In this document: piece after piece, positions 26,056-37,071 of the stretch
Layout: every line of letters starts with the position of its first letter
How positions within the stretch are numbered: the stretch's first letter is position 1
Assembly (NCBI GenBank): GCA_965178125.1
Contig: OZ237751.1
Span: forward strand, 744,001-808,000
Direction: 5' to 3'
Source: Bilabrum cf. latius
Taxonomy: Eukaryota
DNA: 64,000 bases
Notes under the pieces: model-generated
What the model was told of the DNA's origin: nothing
The model's database searches: none
The model's input: the letters and a program-made list of their open reading frames with translations, nothing else
Translations under genes and position numbers: made by a program

Positions 26056-27795
26056 TTACAGCCACATGAACGGCAAAGCTAGCCCACCCTATGCGCAGGG
26101 CTCGTTTTCGAGCGGATCGGTGAGCTTCCCTCGACACATGGGGCACTCAGCTCTCCGTTCCACCCACTGCTGGATGGCGTCCCGGTCGCAGATGTGGCCG
26201 CATTGTAGCTCGACCGGCACATCCGCGACGTCTTGGAGGATGGGGCATTCGGGTCTCCCCCTCGCCTCGTATTGCTGAGGCGTCAGTACCGTGAAATACG
26301 ACGACTGCGACAGCAGCACAAAGCTTCGGACGGCCATGACAAGCTTGTAGATGGCGTACCCGAGAGCGAACAGCTTTAGCCCGATGTATACTACTACAAA
26401 CGGATGCGAGAGAAATGCCAACAGCACTCCATAGGATTTGCTGCTCCGCACGCTGTCGCCAGCCTCCGAGTCACTCGCATGTGTCCCAGGAATGGAATCT
26501 TGCTCGGTCTCCTGTGAACTGGACGCTTTATTGTCGGGTAAGTGCACCCCCGGATGCACAACCACCGTGACCTTTTGTGTACCGAAGGCAGGCTGGGACA
26601 GGTAGACGAGCCACAGCGGCATCACCACAAGGAGCCGCCAAGGGACGGCAGCATGCTCGACCACAGAGAGCATTGAGCGCAGCCTGCGATGCCCCTCGAT
26701 GGCAACCGATGCGTCTTCAGCCGCATCGTTCCCTGCTGCTTCGCCCTCCTCACCTCTCGCACCGGCACCTGCCTGGCCAGTGGCAGCCGCAGCAGCACCC
26801 TCGTGGCCTGCTCCACCTGGTGACCCCGACCCCAGGCCCTGGCCATGGCTCAACCCATCGCTGCTTCCAACTTCAGGATCCTAGTCTCCACGGACACGAA
26901 GGGCGCCTGCACCGGCTCCATTGCCACCCACCAGCGGCCTGTCTTCCCCCGAGCCGTCCTCCTACTGGTCAGCCGCTCCACTGCCACTGCCAGAGGCACC
27001 GCTCCCCCGGGGCAGTGGCGGTCTGTTCGCTTGCCCCTGCTGGGCAGGCACGCCCCCCTGCCCTCGCAGGACCCTTCCGATCTGCACCATCCACGACGCG
27101 GGCAAGACTGCCATGATGGACTTGAGCCCTAGAACGCTAAACTGGCAGAGCGTGTCAACCATGAAACAGGCGATGGCGGTAGGGATGAACTACTCCCCGA
27201 TGCGTCCTCCCAATAGCGCTCGTTCTGTGACAGAGGGTAGACCCATAGATATCCTAGTTACAGATTCCATTGAATGTGGGAAAATGACATTTTCTCGGGA
27301 CACCTGCCAGTCGTTTGCGCTTGAGGATGACACGGCTCCGATGAGTGACCGCACGTGCCCAAGCGACATGGCATTCAACACGATACGATCCCAATCCAAA
27401 AAGAATGCAACAGCACCAAAATGTAACACGCAGCTAGCGAGAGACATTAACGCATTTCTCCAATTCTTCTCGTGGACGGCTTCTCTCAGGCGAACTGAAG
27501 CCGCTGCGAGGCCTGTGGCCAAGAACGTCATACACAATATCCCGTAGAAGTGGAAAGATATCCCATAGACAAGAAACATAAGGAAAAAAACGATACTGTA
27601 TCTCCATTGCATAAGGTCGAGGACTCCAGGTGGCTGACGCTGACCGTCTTGGCCATCATTCTGATTGACGTTGCCGTTCAGGCCAACTCCCGCCGCAGGG
27701 TTCGCCTGGAACTGCAAATTTCGTAGTCGTTCCTACAGTCCCTAAAACCACCCGACAGCTGGCCTTTCCTAAGCCTCGTTTCTTTGTTCAGCCAT
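26056..27795 (-). CDS. RING finger and transmembrane domain protein (RNFT1/2-like), ~579 aa
   Basis: ATG 27795 (MAEQRNEAQERP) to TAA 26056-26058 through 7 TAGs. Several TM helices, VDTLCQFSVLGLKSIM, YIGLKLF, and C-terminal CPILQD...LQCGHICDRDAIQQWVERRAECPMCR. Confidence 0.8.
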
Positions 27796-28468
27796 TCTTT
27801 TTCCAGTGCGCAGTGACCAGCGAACTCAATGAGATTGGAATGATGAATGGCCCGACGAAAAAGGTGATGTCACCCCTTTATATCGCTGACCAAGCTATTG
27901 CTCGACCAAATTCGAAGGATTTCGAAAGTAGCACGATAAATTTCCGGATGTGGTCGCAACCGGTTATAAACCAGAAGTGAACCTCACAAAGAAGTCGTGG
28001 CCCGACGGTCGGGCCTCGACCGAATCCAAGCTGGACCGTATGACAGAGACAGTGGTTACGGATCGTCGCACTTGCCCGTGAGAAGCAGTTATTGGTAAGC
28101 CAACTCAAGCGGTGGTGCCTGGGGGCTGCCAAATGTGCAATTCGGTCCAGCGACCAGCCTTGCATGTGACGAACGCTCGAACGGACAAGCCTGCAATCAT
28201 GGATGGATCGTAGCAAAGCAAATAATAATCAAAGGGCTGCAACACACATGCCAGGAGGACCAACTGCGGCAGCAGCGTCGATTCCGAACATCTCCGCATC
28301 TGGTTACCCAGCGGCTGCCTCCCTCCACCGCCCCCGAACCTCCGAGTCATCCGCGCCCCTGTCGCATCGGCAAACAATGAGAACGCCAGTCCCACAATCC
28401 CGCATAGACTTACACGCTCCTATCTTAACGGCATAGATTCGGAGACCGAGCACGCGCCATGCCGCAGC

Positions 28469-31400
28469 TCACTTGCCCGCGGCCATGTCAAAGAGCACCT
28501 GGTAGTTCCGCTTGGTATGCAGCCATGCCTCGTTGGGGTTGCCATAGGGCTGTGACCCTGATAGCTGCTTGGTCCCCTTCGCCTCTAGCACGCAGGCCAC
28601 CAGGGCCATAATCTGCTCCTGCTGCCGCCACTGCTGAAACTCTCCCGATGCACCGGTGGAACCGAAGTGCTGCTGGTGCTGCTTCTTCTGCTCTTCAAAC
28701 AGGTCCTTCTATTTCTGCTGCTCCTGCTGCCTCCACTGCTGAAAATCTTCCGATGGACCGGTGGAGCCGAAGTGCTGCTGGTGCTGCTTCCTCTGCTGGT
28801 CGAACAGCTTCTTCTGCTCCTGCTGCCTCCACTGCTGAAAATCTTCCGATGGACCGGTGGAGCCGAAGTGCTGCTGGTGCTGCTTCCTCTGCTCTTCAAA
28901 CAGCTCCTTCTACTTCTGCTGCCGCTGCTGCTGTTGTTGCTGCTGCTCCTGCTGCCACTCGAAGAAGCCCTCGGGCATCTATCCCGACTTGGCCGCCAAG
29001 TGTTGCTAGCGGGATCCCTTCCCGCGGCCGTGCCGGAGGTGGGTGAACCCGTTGTTAGCTTCTGCCTGCAGCAGCACGTGGCTCGAGGTCGCATGCGCCC
29101 CTCCGTTCAGCTTGTCCCAGCACTTCACTAGCTCTGAGCTCTCATACCGCCAGTGCTTCTCCTCAGGCGCGCTGTCCAACATCGAGGTGATCCTCTGTTG
29201 TAGGGCCCGGCTCTCCCTCTCTCTCTCGGTAGGAGTGCCCCCAACCAGCGCGATGGGTGCTGCGACGGAAGGGAACACATGCTTCGGTCCGACCTCGCAG
29301 TAGCGTCCCGATCTATCCTTGGGGCAATCACAAGCCCAGCTCATGTGATGGATGCGACGGGTACCGGCCTGTTGCACTGCCTGCTAGCCCGTGGAACTGT
29401 AGTGATGGTCCTGCACGGTCTTCGACAGGTCCATGCTAAGCACGCACCTGCCAACACCGCTGCACATTTCTGCACTAGTACCCTGCTAAGGGCCAATGCA
29501 GCTGTGGCGGGTGAGCGACTCGTACACCCGTTCCATGCTCTTCGTGGCTTCGGCTGCCCTGGCTGTAACGCCGATCTTGCTTGCCTCTCCCTGCAGCACA
29601 AAGTTCTTGGTCACCACCAGGTTGAGCTCTTCGTAGCGCGGGAATTGCTTGGAGCTGTGGTCGCGTAGTTTGCAGCCATCGAACGGGGCCGATGAAATCT
29701 TACCCTCCCTGGACAGCTTGGGCAGGCAAATGCCTTCAAAAGCTCGCATTTCTTCTGTGATCGCCGGTGCCGGTACCACAAGTCGCACTGAGTAGGAAAG
29801 CTTCCCTTGGTCTGCAATTTTGCTCAGCCCATCCAGCGTCGTCTCAATGCTAGCTGCAGGCCGCAGCTGAGGGTTCTGCACCGAGGTCGCCTTGAGGTCT
29901 CCCATGCGAATGATGGCCTGGCCCTGCTTGCCAGGGTTCTGTAGCAGAACGGAGGTAACCGGTGCTCCTTCGCCACTCTCAGCGAAAAAGAACGCCTGTG
30001 CATGATACTTGTGGTCAAGCTGATCGCTGCACCCCACCACGTCTCCGCCGAATGGATCGCCTTTGCCTCGGATTGAATTCCCGATGCTTGAGGACAAGGC
30101 AATCAAATGATCGTCAGCGATATGAATGAGTTCTTCCTCTTCTGCCCACTCCGCAACGCGAGCAAAATCCCAGTTGTCGATGTCACTGCCCGGCTCATCG
30201 CCGATGCCGTAGTACTCGTGCTTGGCCCACCGCGAGGCACCCGCTGCAACCTGATCCGCTGCGCATGCCTTGATAGCAATGCGGGAGTTGTCCTCTTTGG
30301 TGAATGCTCGCGACACTGATGACTTCTTCGCGAACTGCTCTGTTCTACCAGTCATGATCCCGCCGTAAATTCCAGTGATCGAGGCGGAGTCGCCCGTAAC
30401 CGCATCAGTGGGAGCCCCGTACGTGAGCTCAAGCTCGCCGATGAAACTGGACTGGTCGACTAGGGCGCCGTCAGAATCCTGAACGACATACATGTCGTAT
30501 TGATTGCGGCCCCAGCACTACTATGCAAGAGCAATTCGCATGATTCCACCCCCAGACGGCTAGACTGCCCGCGACTGGCACAGGTGTATTGGCACAAAGT
30601 CGTAAGTGGATTGAGGCTCTTGCTGTGAAGACATGCACGCCGCCAGACTATGTAATTTGATGTCCTGCAGAACCGACGTTGGTTGTTCTACACCGCTTCC
30701 AGCATTGCGAACAAAGATGGGCAGAGCTTGCTTGTCATCATCTCTGGGCTGCTTGCCCATGCACATCTTGGAGGCAAGGTCTCCAGCCTCAAGCTCCAGG
30801 GCCACATCCGCGAGACCCTCTGCAGCAGAAGCGATGACGACGGACAAAGCCTTGCCCTTGAGTGACTTAAGCTTCTGCTGGATGGCGACTGCATTTGCGA
30901 TCACGGATTCCCGCTGATCTCGAATGACATGACAGGCTGCGTACAGGGCATCGTTGAACTGGACCGTGTGCTGGAGCGGGGCCGCTTTGTTCAGGCCGGC
31001 CTGGATCATGCGCTCACGGTGCAGCTTGAACGAAGCCTTGATAAGGCTGCCGACCGACTTGATCAGGCCGAGAATTGGGAAGACGGTATTGCCCACGACA
31101 TCTGACGTGTGAGCCAACGCGTGCTGAGCGATGCTGAGACCTGGTCCTTGAGCAAGCCACATCCCAGCCCCGAGAGATTCCGTCCGAAAGTTTTTCACCC
31201 TGTCTTTGACAAAGCTCGAAGCAGCAGACTTAAACTTTTGCCATCGCGACCTAGTGTCGTGACTCGGAACATAGTTGCCCAGCGCCATGACCACTTCATC
31301 GCAGCCCTTGCCGTGCAGAGAGTGCGAGCCTCCCGGCACCATCTTCAGGGGCTCGGGGCTCTTGTCCCCATAAGCAAGGACGGCAGCAAAGTCATGTAGA

Positions 31401-33764
31401 ACTACGCGCGAGATGGGCAACCCCCCTCGCACTGCCTGCGTGCAGCGCTGCAGCTGCACGAGAAGGTCTGCCTCATGCACGTCTGATGTTGATAGGCCCG
31501 GAACGCCCTGGATGAAATCTGGGACGGCCATTGTGAGGTCGCTGGCAGCGTCGGACTGACCCGCCAGAGCGAGCGCATGGTCGAGCGCAGACTCGCCAGC
31601 ACTTGCTTCCACGTCGATCCTACTCATCATCGCCGTGCTGACAGGGAAATCCAGGGCACCGTTCGCAATCAAGTCGAAGGCCACTCCTTTCCACCCGCCC
31701 CCGCCGTGAACCAGCTTTTTCATGCGTGCTCGACCTTGAGGGTCTGCCAAGGTGAATATCCCGGCCTGCAACAGCGAAGCCCCTGCCAGGATGGAGTATT
31801 TGGCTGCCTCACTACCTCCACTTTCCTCGGCGAGCTTTGCCGCGTAGTTCGATCCCATGCAGCCCATCGCAGCGCCGTTCACGGCAGTGCTTGCTGCCAC
31901 CCTTCCCAGGCTCAAGGCTGCCTGCCCCTTGACCCAGGCATGCATGCTATCTTCAAGCTGCTTGCTCTGCTTGCGGCTTCGAACGGCTTGCACTGCAGCC
32001 TTTGCATTTCCGACTAGACGCGCGACGTTCTCGCTGGGATCAAAGTAGTCGGACGGCTTCTCCATGCGGCTGAACGTGTCGGCACGAGCACCCACAGCAA
32101 ACTGCATAAGAGAAAGGACGTCGTTGACCGGCTCGGGGATGTCGACAGTGCTTGGATCAAAATCACCGGAGCACCCATTCTTGGCACGCTTGGACGCAGA
32201 CTGCTTGGAGCACTGCGCGTGCTTCTCTCGAGCCTCTTCCATGGTCAATCGCATGGTCTGATACGCTTGGCCGAAGATGTCATGCGAGGGTACTTGCACG
32301 CCTGCCGAGAACAGCAGCGCATCGACAGAGATAGGGACATTTAGCAGCGACTACACAGCTGAAGACGTCTTGACGGCGTCAGGTACAATGCCCAGCTTGT
32401 TGAGGGTCGTGGTACCGACCAGGTTGGAGTCCTGCGGGTCCTCTGGACGCACCTTGGACCGCTGACCGAACATGAGGCAGTCACGCATGGCCTGCACTGT
32501 GTCCGCGTAGCCGACCTTGGCATTGCGCACGTTTTTATCGTTCTTCGTTGAAAGGCTCTTCCCGTCATCCAACAGCCCGTGAAAGGCCTTCGTCTTGAGG
32601 CTATCCGTCCAGAGGTAGTGGTACGACCTGAGCTTTCCGCACCACGTGGACTGCCAGTTGGCTGACAAGCTAGACCGCGCGAAGGGAAGGTTGGCAGTCA
32701 TAGCACCGGACCTGAAGATGTTGCGGAGGGGTGCAGTGTTGCCCTACCGCATGGCGTAGTCAGCCAGCGACACCTGCTGGTTGCCTCTGCCCTTCTGATC
32801 GAAGAGCACGAGCGAGGGGTTCCTGAAGGCTACATTCTAGATCTCGGCGTCCGACACGAAATGCTGCATGCATGTAGTCTGCAGGGGCTGAGCAACAAGC
32901 TGCTTTGTATCGTACGAGCACCCAGGAATGGCTGACGCTGCCAAGATGCCGGCCACCTGGCCTTCGAAGAGCTCTTCCCGCGCGGCCTGACGCAGCCCAT
33001 CTTCCACCGATTGGAGGACGGCCGCCTTCCATTCGTTGTGCATAAGCACAGATGTACCGCGCCGGTTGTAGCGGTGCTCTAATGCTTCCGGGTTCATCCA
33101 GTCAGGCAGAGATGGCAGGAAGGTTTGCGGGCAGACGTGCTGCAGCACCTCAACAAGCGCCTGTCGCTGGGTATCATCCAGTTTGACCCCAGCGCCACTC
33201 GGAGTTGCATCAGCAACAATGATCTACTGGATGGGAGCACATATTTTTTCTCTTTCCAATTGTTGTGCCTTTGACAGGATCGTGGAAATCTGCTCGTGTA
33301 CTGCTTGTACCTGACCCGACTGAACGGCTCGCTGGCGACGCTACGAGCCCTAGATCAAGTGCCTTACCATATCAAGAGAGGCTGTCAATGCGTCGACTGC
33401 AAGTTTCGAAGCTAGAATCGGCAACTAGGCTCCGGTGACCTCGCTCAAGGCTCGAACCAGTGCAGAATTGGCGTCAGCCTGAAGTAGGCTTGGATCCAGC
33501 GCATCGGATTTGAATCCAGTACGAAACGTGTCGTTCCTCTGGTGTTGCCCTCGGCTAATTTTTTCGAAGGGTGCCTGCGAATCTAGCGTTGAGGAGAGCT
33601 GTTCGCGGCAGCTAGGAGGTGCGTCATCGTGTTTGTTGAAACACGAAGCAAGCGCTTGCAATGCATTTGACAAATGAAAGTATTAATGCAAATGCAAAGA
33701 ACGAATGCGAACTTACAAGCGCGCACGCCAACGATGCGAGAGCTGCCAGAGCCAAGCTTCTCAT
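28469..33764 (-). CDS. Large secreted protein with EGF-like domain and Gln-rich C-terminal repeats, ~1725 aa
   Basis: Exon 1 (33717-33764) encodes the signal-peptide-like MRSLALAALASLACAL followed by GTAAGT. The likely acceptor is CAG at 33599-33601, with an alternative 24 nt downstream. Exon 2 is open through 16 TAGs to TGA 28469-28471. EGF-like CSGVGRC...CDCPKDRSGRYCE. Confidence 0.8.
28614..28930 (-). repeat. Coding tandem repeat, ~3 copies of 96-105 bp (QQEQKKLFDQQRKQHQQHFGSTGPSEDFQQWR)
   Basis: Unit anchors CCACTGCTGAAA at 28628, 28733 and 28829. Confidence 0.9.
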
Positions 33765-34421
33765 TCCCGTCAGATCAATATGTGCAGGGCTCAAAACTAC
33801 TGTTACGGTGCACCGGCGAGTACACCCACTGCCAATTAAATGGCTTTGTACTCCTAGAGTGACTCTAACTTTGCAGTGCTAGGATGCGAATCGCTCTGAG
33901 TGATAAAGCCAGCACCATGGTCCGATCTGATTTTCTGCCAGCATGGCTATTGTCGCACAACAATGCCAGTGGTCGCACTGCGACCGTCGCAGTAGACGTC
34001 TAGATATCTATCTAGCGCTTGTGTTGCCAGCGAGTATCGCAGCAAGAAGTATCATGTATTGGATGGTGGTGCATATGGGCTGCTCGATGTCTGAGTGAGA
34101 CCAACCATTAATTAGCTTCTGCAGTACAGGCCGACTGCCTCCCAGGCAACCCTGCATTGCCAGCATGGCAGCCAGTAGCCCACACAATCCCTCCTAGCAC
34201 CGGTGCGAGTCTGTAATGCAGTACGCCGCAATTCTGAAGCTTAAGCAGCGTAGCCCTCGAACAATTGGAGAGCTGAGCCCAGCCTGAGGGGCTGTCGATC
34301 TCGACGCCGGAGCGCAAGGCTTGGTCATTCCTTGTTGATCGGCTGGTTGGTGGCTCATTCCAGGGAGATCAATAGGTCATTTCCAGAATACCAGAATACC
34401 AGAATAATTTGTGGATTTCGG

Positions 34422-36992
34422 CAAGCCTATGCAATTTGGGGACCGTCCCCAAATAATCCCCAAATCCGTCGAATGTAACGGAACAATACACAATTTACTG
34501 GTTTTTGCCGGTTCCGGATCAGCAATTTGCGCGGCGCCCAGATAATTCGGAGAAGAAATCATGATGCAATTCGATTCAGCGCGCTCTTGCGAGTCTGCTG
34601 GTGCGCCTTTCAACTCCATACGATGAGATTAAGTCTGTTAACATGCCATTCAAAGAATTGGCCTCTAGCAGGGAGCTGCAGCTTTGCGCGGCGCCAAAAC
34701 TGTGTGATTAGTGTCGCACGACACCCCGACACTGCCCGCATACCCCTTTCTAGTCTACAAAATAGACCTAAAAATATACCTGTATGATAATGATGCTAAA
34801 TTATACGCTGCTGTGCAGACGAATGTCTGAATAAGATTCATTTGGACACGACAGGGTCCACGGTCATCCCTCTGGCAGCCGCAACAAACTTGCTTCGATT
34901 GGCCCTCTGAGATACTGAATTTGATTACACTCCTCATAATTCTGAGCAAATTGATGACTTTATTCAAATAAGCGCTCATATTCTGCTGTGCGGTTCATGA
35001 GTAGGGTGTTTCCCGTGAGGATGACTGAACCAGGCCGCAGAGTTAGCTATTGCACATTTACCTCACCAATCTGCAGCTTACCGCGAATTGAGACCAACCA
35101 CTACATTTTTTGTATTGATCGTATTCAGAAAATCGAACAGGAGGCTACTATGGCCATCATTAGGACACGAGCAGCACCAGCAGCTGTGCGGGTGGCCAGA
35201 TCCAGAAGACCTGAAGTACGCCATGCTGTTCTACACCATTGGGACTGAAAATCCGTACACTGCCTTTTATTAGGTATATTAATACCATGATTAGTCTCAA
35301 ACTAGTACTGGCCTCATAGATTTGACACAATTGTGTTCTGAATGGTACCAAACCACTGGAAACAGCCACAACTTGCGAAATTGTAGGACCTGTACAAATA
35401 CAGTACCATACACAAACAAATCGTATGTATAAATAAACTATAAGTGTATCAGGACAGTGGTGAATTGGATTCTGCCCAAAATGAATCGAGATCTGACGTC
35501 AAATGAGACCATCCTCGGTTCTAATGGACTCTCTGTGACATACTGGAGCGGTGATTTGTTTTAAATACCTATTTGATCTGTAATGAAGTCGACCAATAGC
35601 GCATTCTATTCGTCGAAATGATTGCACAATAGGGATGCAGCGTGGACTGTGGTTTCAGTGGCATTTGGATCAGCGTGCTGCTCCTCTCGTTAGCCTTACG
35701 GTGGTTGTATGGTAATTCACTAATTACACAATGAAAAAACCTCATTACATGGAAGATACGCTATTGATGTCGCGTGATAATCGACGAGTTGTATTGTGTC
35801 GGGGATCGTTGCGGTCAAGAATTGGTGTGATGAATGTGTCGGGGTAAGTTACAACCGACGGATAAGCTTTTGGGGACAGTGACATATATACACGTTACAT
35901 TCATATACGTATTAAATCTGTATTTATTTGGTAGTAATGTGTACTTATATACTGGATCCGGAATCCGGAATCCGGAGCTGGATTCCGGGACCCGGGTATG
36001 CTTGCGTCGTCCTAGACTATGCAACTTATGCCACGTATACTTGCTTTCCTTTTCCTAGGGCGAAGGCGATTCAGATGCGTGAAATCACTGACGATCCTAC
36101 ATCGGAAAGCCTGGGCCAGCTGCTCTTTTCTTGGGTACCCGGCGAGGTTGGTAGGTCAGCTGTCGCGCACTGAGTCTGTGCGTCAGGGGTTCGCGCCTTT
36201 GAGGCTGAGGTTGCGCGCTGGGCGCAGTGCTTGGGCAAGTCGACAAGTCGTGTGGCATGATGGGGGTGAGTCAGAAAGGGGGGTGGGAAATGGAGGGAGA
36301 GGTGGGCAAGGTGGCAGGTGGGCAAAGACAGGGCAGGAATGTGGGAAGGGGTGGTGCGACCCGGAGAGGTTCAGGCCTAGGGCTTGGATTGGGAGAATAG
36401 GAGAGGATACATTCTCCCAGTCCAGAGGCCGTCATCGGAAGATTCGGCAGTCACAGATGTCGGACGCAGCGGTACAGCCGTCAGCGACAAGACAGAGTGG
36501 TGGGGCCCTCTGATCTATTTTTAATCTACCATTGTATCATGCCATCTTCGAAAGGCAAGCAAGGGCCTAGGGAGCCTACCATTGCCCGTGCAAGAACGCG
36601 AGCGTTGGCACAAGTATAGGCTGCCGGTGCCAGGGCGCCCCAAGGTGGGCGCTGGGGGGTCCCCCCTGGACTCGTCGTCTTTAGGAAGTGTACCCACGCT
36701 GTCTGTAGGTAATGGCCGGTACCATGAGGCGCTTAGGAAGCAGTACCCGGATGTTCTGGCACACACACGAGTGTCCTGCATTGGATCGCAAGGAGCTCCA
36801 CCACGCTGCTACCCCTCGGCCTGCCGATCGGAAGGGCCAGTGAGACGTCCCTGGATCGTCCCCAAATAACCCCCAAATAATAGTTTCCTGCCAAATCAGG
36901 CCGTCCCCAAATAAACCCCAAATAATTGTTTTCGGAAAGGCTTGTTTGGGGATTTGGGGACACATTTGGTGTCCCCAAATTGCATAGGCTTG
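34422..36992. mobile_element. Non-autonomous hAT-like DNA transposon, 2571 bp
   Basis: Perfect 22-bp TIRs CAAGCCTATGCAATTTGGGGAC (34422-34443) and GTCCCCAAATTGCATAGGCTTG (36971-36992). Identical 8-bp flanks GATTTCGG (34414-34421 and 36993-37000) form a TSD. Subterminal CCCCAAAT motifs occur at both ends. No transposase recognised. Confidence 0.85.
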
Positions 36993-37071
36993 GATTTCGG
37001 TGCGATATGTTTGTAGCGTGTGCTTACAACTTTACTCTGGTATATACCGACAACGGAAAGAAGCAACAAAA

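Noticed and set aside
27878-28436. Short ORFs between the RNFT-like and secreted-protein genes
   Set aside because: No recognisable domain or convincing frame even with TAG=Gln. Left unannotated.
28614-28930. Regularly spaced repeats as a CRISPR array (also 36857-36980)
   Set aside because: The first is an in-frame coding repeat without unique spacers and the second is transposon subterminal repeats. The context is eukaryotic with no cas genes.
34422-36992. Endogenous virophage or Polinton
   Set aside because: Far too short, with short TIRs and an 8-bp TSD, and no capsid, integrase or polymerase ORF recognised.
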